NCBI GenBank assembly: GCA_977017575.1
Contig: CDRNVI010000073.1
Coordinates: 62,001-126,000 of the forward strand
Origin: Paramoeba atlantica
Taxonomy: Eukaryota; Protista; Discosea
DNA length: 64,000 nt
Direction of reading: 5' to 3'
Part shown: positions 1-10,994 of the stretch, one piece after another
Layout of the letters: each line of letters starts with the position of its first letter
Position numbering within the stretch: the stretch's first letter is position 1
Notes under the pieces: model-generated
The model's database searches: none
What the model saw: only the letters and a program-made list of their open reading frames with translations
What the model was told of the DNA's origin: nothing
Program-made: the position numbers and the translations under genes

Positions 1-1511
1 CCATTGTAACAATTTTCAATGATTTGGAAAACATTTTTATGGGTCGACTTTAACACGCTGCGTTATTATGTGATTATAGTGCAGAGGTTTTCTTCACCAT
101 TATTAACCCTACACCCCCTTTCATTAATAATGATAATTGGAGAGTCTGCAGGTGGGCTAGGTTTGGGTTCAAAAAACCTACAAGAACCGAGTACAAGAAC
201 CTACACGGATCTACCGCCGAGAATGTCGTAAAGAAAGGGAACGGACTCGAGAAACTAAGATGGAGTTTTCAAGTTCTCAAAAGCGATGGTTAAGAGATTT
301 GTTGGGAAAGTATTGCCGTGCTTGCAAACAAATTTTGGTCAAAGTGAAGCATTATTGCGTCTTTCTTGAAAAAAAATAGACGAAGATATTTGTTTTAGGT
401 TTATGGACCGCTACTACATATTTCTTTCGATTTCGCTTCTAAAAAGCTGAGTCTGCACATTAATTAGAGATCCCAGCGAGCGACTCGCTCGCCAGCAATC
501 AATGCTCGCTACGGTTCGGCTTCCAGCAGACAATTTAATCAATTGTGCTGTTGTGCGCAGTTCATAGTGATCAACCGTAAAAAAAGGTTGTGTTTTTAAT
601 AATCTGACACACTCTAAAGGAAAACATATTTGTTTTAAACCTATATTTGAAAAATATTAAAAATATTTTTTTTGGCGCAATGATGCTTCACTTTCACCCA
701 AATTTTCCTTCGAGTCGCTTCGTTTGGTTCATCAACAAGTATGAAGATCTACGTCCAGAGGTCCCTGCAAGCACCATCAGAATGGCAATTCCGCAGAAAA
801 ATCTAAAAACGTGGCATGAGAACGTTAGTATCTCCCACTGTACCCTGGGTTTATTCTCTTTTTCCCCTTTATGTCAATGCAATATCGATAAAGCCCATCC
901 TCCCTAGCACACGGTTCAGCCGCGCGCCACCACGAACGCACACCACATCATCTTCGGAGGATTCGGAACACAAAACACAGAAAGAAAATAGAAAGGGAAA
1001 GGGAAATAAAATCAGTTTCTATGACTTAATGATGTATTCTTTCTATGACTTAATTCAAATGTAGTAAATTAAGCATCCATGATTCATGTTGTATGTACTC
1101 AGTACAACAAAGTATGTTTGTATGTGCTCATGTTGACACATTATAAGGGCAGACAGATACATGTTAGGGATATATAATGTATGCTAGGGCAGGCGTCCTT
1201 TAGCCGAAATGGGCTACGGCGTTTGTGTAGGCAAAGAAGTGGTAAGGCATGGGGTATATACAAGTATAGTGTATAAAAAGGAAAGGGGTATATAAGGTAA
1301 GCAGAAAAAGAATATGATTTGAGGATAAATTGTTTATTTCTCTTTCCCAAATAATTTTTTATCGCATGTGACTAAACTAAAATATATTTTAAATAATAAA
1401 TATTCTTTTATCTGTTCTTGGCTACATTTTTATGAGCTTCCGCCCAAATAATCTTTTTTGCGTCGATTACTTTCTTTAAGTTTTTTAAACGGAAGCTCGA
1501 AAATTTAACGT

Positions 1512-1606
1512 GCCTGTAACACCATAACATGCCTGTAGCACCATAACATGTCTGTAGCGCAATAACGTGCCTGTAACACCATAACATGCCTGTAGTACAA
1601 TAACAT
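1512..1606 (+). repeat. 19-bp tandem repeat x5 (GCCTGTAGCACCATAACAT consensus) followed by hairpin ACATGCCCCCTCGGCATGT
   Basis: Units at 1512, 1531, 1550, 1569, 1588; two units in the second copy near 2538; one unit plus the hairpin again at about 6286-6330. Confidence 0.85.
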
Positions 1607-1711
1607 GCCCCCTCGGCATGTTAACCTGTAGCGCCTTTTACTAGTTTACTAGTCCAAGCTATGGCCAAACTGTTTCACCGGTAATGTTTTCACGGTAAAA
1701 TACTTTTATTT

Positions 1712-1957
1712 ATGACTGCTCTTGCTCATCTCCTGAAGCTACATCTTACAACGTTTGCTGTGATCCGCACTGCCGACTCGCACATGTCTACGTCGCGTCC
1801 TTCTAAGGTGAGAAACACAGAACTTCCAGATGAATACAATCTGGAGCGTTTTCTTAGAAATGTGGGGAAGCAGCATGATTCGTGGAAGGTTGAGAATCCT
1901 GTTTCTATGTGGGATGGCGTCACATGTAACATGCTGGACATTGTGCATACAATGTAA
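1712..1957 (+). pseudogene. Truncated LRR-family gene (5' part only)
   Basis: Nearly identical to 2681..3331 up to DIVH, then runs into Tc1-like sequence and stops. Confidence 0.88.
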
Positions 1958-2160
1958 ATCCAATCGAAAACGTTTGGGGGGAACTCATGCAGCGCCTTGC
2001 AGCGCACTATGATCCACCAAGCGGGGTCCGAGAGTTGTGGGAGAGGGTAAAAATGTAATGGGCGAACATACCACCCTCAGTATGTCGTGCCCAGGTGGAC
2101 AGTATGCCTGCCCGTATGAAGGCAGTGCTGAAGGCTCGTGGGGGGAATACTAAATACTAA
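1957..2160 (+). mobile_element. Tc1/mariner transposase C-terminal fragment (one internal TAA)
   Basis: Own translation: NPIENVWGELMQRLAAHYDPPSGVRELWERVKM*WANIPPSVCRAQVDSMPARMKAVLKARGGNTKY*; matches the Tc1 NPIENxW...SMPxRxxAVxxAxGGxTKY tail. Confidence 0.9.
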
Positions 2161-2680
2161 TTTTACGGGCATAATCTCTCTTGGGCGATTACGTTTCATC
2201 TATTTTTTGGGACAAGATTTTCTCTATAATAGGTAGCAAAAAAACCTTTCGAATGCTAAACTTTTTTATATTCATTCTTATTTCTTTGGTAGAACGAACT
2301 GAGGTGAACTATCTACGGGTACTATTAGGTGACACTCATGCCTACACTACTAGCACACATTACCAGCGCAACGGTGATATTTAGTCAATAGCTCTATACA
2401 AAAGGAAAAAAACCGAAACATTCGAACGGTTTTTTTGCTTATCTTGGCGATATTTTCATGAGCTTCCGCCCAAATAATCTTATTTGTGTCGATTACTTTC
2501 TTTAAGTTTTTTAAACGGAAGCTCGAAAATTTAACGTGCCTGTAACACCATAAAATGCCTGTAGCACAATAACATGCCCCCTCGGCATGTTAACCTGTAG
2601 CGCCTTTTACTAGTTTACTAGTCCAAGCTATGACCAAACTGTTTCACCGGTAATGTTTTCACGGTAAAATACTTTTATTT

Positions 2681-3331
2681 ATGACTGCTCTTGCTCATCT
2701 CCTGAAGCTACATCTTACAACGTTTGCTGTGATCCGCACTGCCGACTCGCACATGTCTACGTCGCGTCCTTCTAAGGTGAGAAACACAGAACTTCCAGAT
2801 GAATACAATCTGGAGCGTTTTCTTAGAAATGTGGGGAAGCAGCATGATTCGTGGAGGGTTGAGAATCCTGTTTCTATGTGGGATGGCGTCACATGTAGCA
2901 TGCTGGACATTGTGCATAGTACATGTATCTCGTGGACAAACCGCGACCTTACTGGAACTTTTCTGTGGGAATATATGCCGAAATCGACCGTTGCGTTCGA
3001 CGTTCAACAAAATAGACTAAGTGGTGAAGTGCGCTTCGAACTTTTGTCACCTAGTCTAGAATCGCTCAATTTAGCTCAGAATCTGTTTTTCGGTCCTATT
3101 GATCTCAGATTTGCTCCGGTCACTCTCACTGTGTTTTTCGGTGCGATGAATAAGTTCAGCGGCGAAGTTCTTCTTGGTAGTTTAAACCAAAACTTTCAGT
3201 ATTTATACCTAATGAATAATCCGGATCTCAAAGGAACAATTTGCAGATCTGAACTACCCCGTAGGCTTAAAACAACTGGAGTGCTTCCGGGTCTTGATGT
3301 GGGAGGCACGAACATTAAACTAATTCCATAG
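2681..3331 (+). CDS. Leucine-rich repeat protein (LRRNT_2-like cap plus 24-aa LRRs)
   Basis: RPSKVRNTELPDEYNL...SW...WDGVTC cap and LxxLxLxxNxFxGxIDL repeats; near-identical paralogue at 18021. Confidence 0.88.
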   Translation: MTALAHLLKLHLTTFAVIRTADSHMSTSRPSKVRNTELPDEYNLERFLRNVGKQHDSWRVENPVSMWDGVTCSMLDIVHSTCISWTNRDLTGTFLWEYMPKSTVAFDVQQNRLSGEVRFELLSPSLESLNLAQNLFFGPIDLRFAPVTLTVFFGAMNKFSGEVLLGSLNQNFQYLYLMNNPDLKGTICRSELPRRLKTTGVLPGLDVGGTNIKLIP

Positions 3332-3621
3332 AAGATTTTCACATCGATATATGAGCCTCTATTATTGCGGAGCCTAGAATTGAAAAAAAGAGTGAATACG
3401 TCCAGATTGCGGTGGTCGTATAACTACCGCTCTACCCTCGATTATTGAAAAAAAAATGAACAAAAACAGTGAAAATACTCCCCCTTTCATAATTCTTTCA
3501 TAATTATTCCCTTAATTAGCGTTCCCTTAATTGGCGTTCCCTTATTTAATGTGTCTTTTAATTAATGTTTCCACGGTATTATCATTACATCACTTAGGCA
3601 CGATATTAAATACTAACAACA

Positions 3622-4176
3622 ATGTTCGTCGCTCTCTTCACTCTGTGGGTAACAATACCGCCTCAACTTTATTTTGAGGACACAGCACCTCAGTTATCTC
3701 GACTAGGCAAACCCCTTGCGGCTATGTTGCCCGAAGAAGTTTTACTTGTTCAATTTATTTCCAATCTCACCAACACAGACCGTAGTTGGCGAGCGACGAA
3801 GAAAAATATATTTCAAAAGACAAAAGTTGTGTCAGCTTGCACGTGGAGGGGTGTGCAATGTACCTCGGAGTCCAGAGTACAAGGATTGTGGTGGAATTAC
3901 TTCAATCTGTCTGGAGAGCCAAACTGGCATTTTCTTCCGGCACATCTTCGTGATATTGATTTATCGTTTAATAAATTGACCGGCGAAGTGCCATTTTCTA
4001 TTCTTCCACCGACCGTACGGATACTTTATTTACAAAATAACCTGTTTTTTGGCGAATTGCACTTAAAAGAGCTTCCGTTTGGTTTGCGGAGTGTGCAGTT
4101 GCAAAACAACGAATTCATCAAAAACAAGGGCTTCGCAGACGAATGTCCGGAATCTCTCATGGATCTTCAGTACTGA
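3622..4176 (+). CDS. LRR-family protein (short)
   Basis: CTWRGVQC cap; LRDIDLSFNKLTGEVPF and VRILYLQNNLFFGELHL repeats; hydrophobic N-terminus. Confidence 0.85.
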   Translation: MFVALFTLWVTIPPQLYFEDTAPQLSRLGKPLAAMLPEEVLLVQFISNLTNTDRSWRATKKNIFQKTKVVSACTWRGVQCTSESRVQGLWWNYFNLSGEPNWHFLPAHLRDIDLSFNKLTGEVPFSILPPTVRILYLQNNLFFGELHLKELPFGLRSVQLQNNEFIKNKGFADECPESLMDLQY

Positions 4177-4243
4177 AGTCATGAGCCCAGTATCATGAAA
4201 AGTCAAAAATAAATGGATCAATTGACGCAAACCGGGGGTGCAG

Positions 4244-5217
4244 ACTACTCCTTCTCCCATAAGTAATTATAATTTCATCTTCGGAGACCTGAAATTTGTA
4301 TTTATAATTACTTATGATTTATAATTTTGTGCACCGAAATTATAATTTATAAGTCCTATCCACGAGAAAAGTTTCGTCCGACTATGAATGAATTTGATGT
4401 CAAAAAATGCATGTGAAAATTTGAGACATTTGAGAATTGACTCCTCTCACCCACCTTTTTCCACACGCGCCCCATCTAACAATCACCGGGCCATGTTCCT
4501 TTAATATTTCACGTTTGACAGTGTTTCCGTCTACTATCATGAATTTAAATTTTAGCAATCGCTCCTGACTTGGCGCTCCTGACCTGGCTGGGTTTGCCTG
4601 GGTTTGCATTTTACTGGTTTCAGCCCTCTTAAAAATGCGGGACCCGCATTGGGAGGCTTTTATATGCGGGACCCGCAGTGGGAGAGAGCGGCCCGTCTCC
4701 GGTACGTGGTCGCCCCGACCTCGGAGCCCAAGCTCCAGTTCTTGAGCTGTCCCATACGTTGTGGATGGCCGAGGCCAATAAACGGCGCACTCACGACGAG
4801 ATGGCGCTCGTTAGGGGGATGGAATTCCACCCCCTGGCCTTCACCACGTAATGTATGAGATCCCGGGCCCGGAGACCTTAACTTTCCTCAACAAGTCCGA
4901 TAAAATGGGCTCACAAGTCCGATAAAAACGGTTGTCTATCGCACCTCGCGATGGCCTTGGGAGTGGCCATTCAGAGGAGAAATGCCCAGATCGTGCAGGC
5001 GGCGGTACAAGACTGGTGCCTCTGCGGTGCACGCGGGTAGCTGGATGGGGGGTTTAAGGGGGAAAACATTGAAATACAATTCCAAAATATTTTTATTAGA
5101 TACATTTTTTTCGTACAACGACCATAAATAATTATAATTATAATGTAGTAGTTATAATTTATAAATTCAAAAAAGTTATAATTTATAATTATAATTACTT
5201 ATGAGAGGCGCAGTAGT
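4244..5217. mobile_element. Degenerate TIR element (ACTACT...CATAAGTAATTATAAT arms) enclosing a retrotransposon fragment
   Basis: Left ACTACTCCTTCTCCCATAAGTAATTATAAT vs reverse complement of right end ACTACTGCGCCTCTCATAAGTAATTATAAT; a related arm at about 17127-17155. No clear TSD. Confidence 0.55.
4745..5040 (+). mobile_element. Frameshifted 3' fragment of a CRE-like RLE non-LTR retrotransposon
   Basis: Pieces in shifting frames: AEANKRRTHDEMALVRGMEFHPLAFTT / GPETLTFLNK / RLSIA / ALGVAIQRRNAQIV, resembling the RLE tail AExxK...FxPxAFxTxG..GPEAxxFL...RLSxAxQRGNA. Confidence 0.5.
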
Positions 5218-5571
5218 TATATTGCAGTCGCAAAAAGGGTTTTAATTTTATTTTCTATTTCATTATGAATAAGGTACCCGCAAATGATGCATATCATATA
5301 AAGAGCATTTAAAATGGTATTTAGCCTTTTTTTACATTTCTATCCTTTACATTTTCATGACTTTCATAAAATTCCACACAGCTTACATGCTTTCAAAATG
5401 TATTGTCTAATAAGGGCTCGACGAGAGTAAACGTTTCGCTCTCATACCCGCTTGTAGATTCGTTGTCAACATGTATAGAGCTACTTGATGAAGCAATAAC
5501 ATTCTGAGTCTAGTTCTTCACCTTCATCGCGGAGAATTTGTTTTGTGGGATGTCCCGGTCTTTGGTACCTA

Positions 5572-5849
5572 CCGTAGACCCCCCAGTAATAGAATCGATT
5601 TTGGGTCAAAATGGACAAATCCTTGTTACTGGGGGGTATGCTTTTTGGGTGAGAAAAGATATTTTTTGTACATGAGAGCGTTGACTTTCACCCCATTCAA
5701 CCCCGCAACCACGCCATTCGCTCCCTCGCAACCGCCCTCACCCCGCCCAAACACCCCCTCCCCCCTCCAACGACCCTCCGGAGCCAAATCCTTGTTACTG
5801 GGGGTCAGCCGAAAAAGGGTCAAATCCTTGTTACTGGGGGGGTCTACGG
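5572..5849. mobile_element. MITE with CCGTAGACCCCCCAGTAA TIRs and TA TSD
   Basis: TA|CCGTAGACCCCCCAGTAA ... TTACTGGGGGGGTCTACGG|TA; internal repeats AAATCCTTGTTACTGGGGG at about 5618, 5787 and 5823. Confidence 0.75.
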
Positions 5850-5851
5850 TA

Positions 5852-6137
5852 TTATATTACTGTGTTCCTCTTTATAGTTTCACTGTTTTTGTTTACTTTT
5901 TTTTCAATAATCGAGGGTAGAACGGTAGTTTTACAACCACCGCAATATCCTATCATTTTCCTATCATTTTCTTGTTTTAGATCTTATCCTATCATTTTCA
6001 GTTTTGGACCACCGGAGCCCCCTTTTATAAATTTTTCTTCTATTATATTACTGTTTTCCTCTATATATTTCCACTGTTTTCGTTCACCTTTTTTTCAGTG
6101 ATCGAGGGTAGAGCGGTAGTTATACAACCACCGCAAT
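5852..6137 (+). repeat. Two copies of the hairpin-ended terminal module (...GTAGAGCGGTAGTTTTACAACCACCGCAAT)
   Basis: Copies end at about 5946 and 6137; same module at about 12130-12218 (+) and 3407-3478, 49932-50060, 50822-50950 (-). Confidence 0.8.
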
Positions 6138-6149
6138 AATTATTATTGA

Positions 6150-6222
6150 GGGGGAGTAGTGCAGTGGGTAGAACACGGGGCTCGTGATCGGGTGGACGCG
6201 GGTTCGACTCCCGGTCGTTACA
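6150..6222 (+). pseudogene. Degenerate tRNA-like sequence (possible SINE head)
   Basis: A-box TAGTGCAGTGG and B-box GGTTCGACTCC at tRNA spacing; D and T arms pair, acceptor and anticodon stems do not; loop CTCGTGA (CGT, Thr-like). Confidence 0.6.
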
Positions 6223-6656
6223 GTTTCACAACACGTGGGTCTGAGCCATTCGCGACGTCGTTAGTCCCAAAACCACTGGAGCGGGATTGTAGCACCATAA
6301 CATGCTCCCCGGGCATGTTAACCTGTAACGCCGTTTACGAAAAATAAATTTTTAAAAATGACCAAGGGCAGGGGGCTATCACGTGACATATCCTCCCTAA
6401 AACTGTCAAAAGCGGATATGTCACGTGGTAAAAGTGACAAAGTTTTAGTGGCGAACACACGAAGAAGCTCGACGTTTACCGAGCTGGGTTGTCTATACTC
6501 AGTTAGTGTATCGGGGAACACAGTAAACTGTGCAGGGCTTTGCTATTTTGTTTAGTGAAATCTCTTAGATGCAATGTATCTTCAAATCAAACCTTATTTA
6601 CAACACTGTCTCCATCCACTTTTTAGTATTTTCTGAAGACCCTAACACGATTCTTT

Positions 6657-7463
6657 ATGCCTTTTTTTGCGATTCGATCTGTGGACGAAACGAAGTCGTC
6701 CTTTACGGGAACTCGCGCACGACTCGGAAAAGCGCGTGCATCATTATCCCAGGAATATTTCCTTGCCCAATTCATTTCCAATTTCACGAATTTAGATTCC
6801 TCGTGGAACGTCAATATTCCCGTTTGTAATTGGGTTGGAATCGATTGCCTACGCGAAGGAGAGGTTGCGCATATTTATTGGTCAATACATCGTCTTTATG
6901 GTATCCCACAGTGGAATTCTCTGCCATGTACACTCCAACATCTGTATCTTGATACCAACAAATTGTCCGGAACAATCCACATGGAGGACTTGCCTCGTCA
7001 GATTGCATGCGTCAATGTGGGTGGGAATTTATTTTCCGGGGAAGTGGATCTCTTTTTTCTGTCGGATACAATGCGATCGCTTTGTATTCTTTATAACAGT
7101 TTTGAAGGCCCACTTGACGTCACACGCCTCCCTCAGAACTTCAAAGTCTTAGATGCGAGCTCGAATCAGTTTACCGGACGACTTAATCTTTTACATCTTC
7201 CGCCGGTTATGGAACGTATCGCCGTTTCTAATAACGACTTCAGTGGTTCCGTTGATTTAGATCATCTGCCTTGTGATCTTTCTTTGTTTGATATTTCGAA
7301 TAATCCAAATCTTTTCGGTATGTATCGTCCTTCAACTCTTCCAGCTCAGTTACGGGAGCGAAGCCTTTTGTTCATACTCTTTGTTTATGCGATTGACGAG
7401 GATACGTTTCGGGTGAAAGGTACAAAGCTTGCAAAGGCTGTTGACCGGACTTGTTGCATTTGA
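6657..7463 (+). CDS. LRR-family protein
   Basis: RLGKARASLSQEYFL, SWNVNIPVCNWVGIDC cap, six LRRs of the NxFxGxVDLxxLP type. Confidence 0.88.
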   Translation: MPFFAIRSVDETKSSFTGTRARLGKARASLSQEYFLAQFISNFTNLDSSWNVNIPVCNWVGIDCLREGEVAHIYWSIHRLYGIPQWNSLPCTLQHLYLDTNKLSGTIHMEDLPRQIACVNVGGNLFSGEVDLFFLSDTMRSLCILYNSFEGPLDVTRLPQNFKVLDASSNQFTGRLNLLHLPPVMERIAVSNNDFSGSVDLDHLPCDLSLFDISNNPNLFGMYRPSTLPAQLRERSLLFILFVYAIDEDTFRVKGTKLAKAVDRTCCI

Positions 7464-7978
7464 CGTTATCGCCCGAACGTTTGCTTACAGGGACCGTAGC
7501 ATTTCTTTCATTGAGCTTTACTTTTACAGTTTCTTGTGGTAGATACGGAGGTATTTAACTCGTCTACTTAACGCCCCTACGTGCAGTGACGGCCGATGCA
7601 ATTCTCCCTTTCTGGTTTTGGAAAGAAATGCGTCTTTTACTATTCTGCATGGCTCTTTCAAATCACAAGTAAGGTGAATCAAATCGAATCACAATTAAAG
7701 TGCAGATTGTTTCCTAAAAACAACGGAGCGAATCAAAGGCTGGTGAATTTCAGTTTGAAACTGATCAAAGGAGACAATGATTTTGTTGGAAAGGGGACAA
7801 TGGTTTTGTTGCGATGTCTGGAGTTAGGTCCATGCATCATAATATTGTTCATGTAAATCATAGAACTCATTTTGCATACAGTGATTATAATTAATGAATA
7901 TGATGAATTATAATTCAGCTATCTTTTTTTTAAGAAGAAGAAGCGCTCTTTCGCCATATCAATAATATCTTCCCTAAC

Positions 7979-8590
7979 ATGGATTCCTCAATTGCGTCAC
8001 GCCCGAGTAAAGTGCGGGGCTCTTTTCTCCCAGAGGAGTACGAACTAACTCGCCTAATCGAAAATATTACGATCCCTCTTAAAACATGGAACGATGCCAC
8101 GCCAGCGTGCAAATGGGATCACGTCGTATGTAACGATCATGAAAGAGTGACAGAATTGCTCTGGTCTGTTGTATACACTCGAGGGACACTTTCAGGTACC
8201 TTACAGTGGCATCATCTCCCGAAAGCAATACGTGGTGTATTACTACAGGGTAACTATTTTAGAAACGAAATAACGGGTTCGATTGACGTTTCTACATTCC
8301 CACAGACGTTACAAAGATTTAGTGTTGTGACCGGTCGTTTTTCCGGGACTATCGATTTTTCAACTCTTCCTATCTCGTTGATATCACTGAATTTGTCCTA
8401 CAATTTTTTTACAGGACTCGTTGATGTTACATGTCTGCCTCCGAAGATTATCGAAATTAAGCTGAACGATAATATTTTTTTGGGCACACTGGATCTTTCG
8501 AGACTGCCAAATAGTTTGAAATTTTTCGCAATTTCTCACACGCATCTGGCTTTGCCGGACGGCACAGTTCCCGAATGTATGAGTGTGTAA
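7979..8590 (+). CDS. LRR-family protein
   Basis: RPSKVRGSFLPEEYEL, TWNDATPACKWDHVVC cap, LRRs. Confidence 0.88.
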   Translation: MDSSIASRPSKVRGSFLPEEYELTRLIENITIPLKTWNDATPACKWDHVVCNDHERVTELLWSVVYTRGTLSGTLQWHHLPKAIRGVLLQGNYFRNEITGSIDVSTFPQTLQRFSVVTGRFSGTIDFSTLPISLISLNLSYNFFTGLVDVTCLPPKIIEIKLNDNIFLGTLDLSRLPNSLKFFAISHTHLALPDGTVPECMSV

Positions 8591-8750
8591 CATGCCGTCT
8601 TCGTGATGTTTTTTTTCGACGTCGAAGTCACTCCTGTTGCGCGCCTCTCGGTGAAAACAACCTCTGTGCTTATTTTTTCTTCCTAATCTTTAAGAACAAT
8701 CCGCTCGGCTTTCTTGTTCAGTAGAAATTAATCATTTTGTTAATAAAAAT

Positions 8751-9281
8751 GGAGGATTAGTACCTAAATTGCGCAAAAAAATATTTTTTATATACACTTT
8801 TAATGTTCTTCTAAATCCCTTTATAAGTACCTTAGGTCATCTTTTTTCACTTTTGATGACGTGCGAGCTTGGCACTCAGTTCCCTTGTGAACCACAAATT
8901 TGTAAACCATCGAGTAGAGTGGGTTACGAGCGAAGGTGTTTCTACGAACACCGTAGAAAGCATGAACAACCAGTTAAAGGTTGAACTAAAGTGTCGAGCT
9001 AACAGACTAGGAATTGAAGACGACGATCGGGAAGAAAAAATGAAATTCCTCACGGAGTGCGTGAACGGAAAGTTGAAAGTAAACGGCGGGTCTAGATTTC
9101 GGCTTATTTTGGCAGACATCCGTCTCTTTTGTGAATCTGTGGTGATGCAATAAGAAAGAATGGGCCAAAAAAAGTCGAGGAAGTGACTAAAAGATAGATG
9201 TAGTCATGTAACGAGAAGCACGAAGAATTCGAGAATAAATTTAGGAAAAAAAAAATTGCGCAATTTAGGTACTAATTGTCC
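8751..9281 (+). mobile_element. Internally deleted Merlin (IS1595-like) DNA transposon
   Basis: GG...CC termini, TIR GGA(G/C)(G/A)ATTAGTACCTAAATTGCGCAA, 8-bp TSD ATAAAAAT (8743-8750 and 9282-9289); internal frame 8869..9153 has VNHKFVNHRVEWVTSEGVSTNTVESMNNQLK, the Merlin VNH...G.xTNTIES motif. Confidence 0.9.
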
Positions 9282-9390
9282 ATAAAAATATTATTCGCTT
9301 TAATAGTACGTTGTAAATTGCATCACCCATATACGAATCGGTTTACACATATCGAATGACTTTTGCCCACCCCATACAAAATCCTCCTTT

Positions 9391-10245
9391 ATGCACTTCA
9401 CGACACGAATACGTCAAGCGCAGCTCGCAGACACACAACTACCCGTGACAAAGGAACAAAACAAAGGAGACATCATCGCAAGTGATGAGGCAACAGGTGA
9501 AGTCCGTCGTACCGCGAAGGTACGAGGAGCAAAACTACCACAGGAATACGAACTTGTGGGATTCGTTGAAAACATTGAAAATCCGCATCTCTCCTGGAAC
9601 ACCTCGATACCGGCATGTCAGTGGAACGGTATAGAGTGCAATCATGAAGGTCGTGTGACGCGCATAGACTAGAGTATGATGAGCTATGCGGGTTCATTAC
9701 GCTGGGAACGGTTACCTCGATCAGTGATGGAAATTGTGCTATGTTCCAATGCGTTGTCTGGGACTCTTCCGTTCAATCTACAGAATAATTTATTTAGCGG
9801 TCACCTGGAGTTTAGTCAGCTACCGCATCGATTAGATAAGATTAATTTGGGTCAGAATATGTTTGAAGGGGGGATAGATTTGTGCCACTTACCTTCGCGT
9901 TTGGTCTCGCTGTCAATCTACTCAATGAAGAGCGTTGAAAAACTTTATGGTGATGTTGAACTCCATTGTCTCCCTCAAACTATTCGATTTCTTAATTTAT
10001 CTGGAAACAGATTCAGTGGAGCTCTTGACCTGGAGCATTTGCCGCCTTCCTTGGCATACTTCAGTTGCAAAGACAATTGTTTTAAAGGCTTAGTACGGCT
10101 TCGCAACCTTCCTCCAAATATGAGGCTACTCACTCTCGATAAAAATAATGAACTTTATGGTGAAATTGATTTTGCGCGTCTCCCCGCGTCTCTTACACTG
10201 CGCGTCGAAAACACAAGGATAAATATCATAAATCAAAATGAGTAA
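9391..10245 (+). pseudogene. LRR-family gene with in-frame TAG at 9670-9672
   Basis: ORFs 9391..9672 and 9676..10245 are one frame: RVTRID*SMMSYAGSLRW where paralogues have Trp; also an in-frame half-repeat deletion (LPF/NLQNN). Confidence 0.82.
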
Positions 10246-10994
10246 TTTTGAAATTTGCCAACCATTTTCGAAAAGACAACATTATTTTGATTAGTCCTTG
10301 TGGCTTCAATAGAGCCCGTGCAAGTGTGGCTGGCACTGGCTGGCACAAGTTGGGACTGTCTTGCAGTGGCGGTATGCATGGGGTCCCATACAAAGTTACC
10401 TGTAACGAACTTCAGCTTCACTTTTTTAAAGTTTCAATTATACACTAAGGGGTTCACTTGTACCCATACTTCTGGAAACATTGCTATATTTTTACTTTAT
10501 AAAAATCTACTGCGCTATACAGTAAAAGTCACAATTCTGAGAATGGTCAGTTGCACGTTACCGCGTACAAAAACACTTTTTTTGCGAATTTTGGTCACTA
10601 TTCTCAGACCTGTCGCATGTTGGCAGCTCTCTTTTTGGCAAAGATTGAATGGATTCTCATTTTTCCACCAGGCTAAAGTGAGCGAGGGAGATGCGAAGAG
10701 CATACAGGGGGGGGGGGGGGGCACAAAAACTGTTACACCTTCCATTTTTGGTTCATGTGACCGTTTTGGCTAATTTTTGTTGCATTTTGCAGAGAGGGTT
10801 GCATAAACATAGAAATATTGCATAACCATCTAAATACGTTCCCTAGAACTTCAATACAATAGTGGAAAAAATCACTCCAATCTAGACTCGAACACCCCTC
10901 TTCTGTTGGGTGAAAAGGACGATTGGGTCAAAAATCACTGTACCTATACCTTCGTAACATGCCGGAAGGTGCTGTACCCCCCCGTTTATAATTA

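Larger units (their letters stand above)
1432..2917 (+). repeat. Tandem segmental duplication (1432-1949 and 2458-2917) covering the upstream region and 5' part of an LRR gene
   Basis: Near-identical sequence from ATGAGCTTCCGCCCAAATAATC to GGACATTGTGCATA in both copies; main difference is the copy number of an internal 19-bp repeat (5 vs 2). Confidence 0.92.

Noticed and set aside
1-1000. Short ORFs (19..231, 647..907, 816..1064) as genes or transposase pieces
   Set aside because: No recognisable motif; probably decayed repeat sequence.
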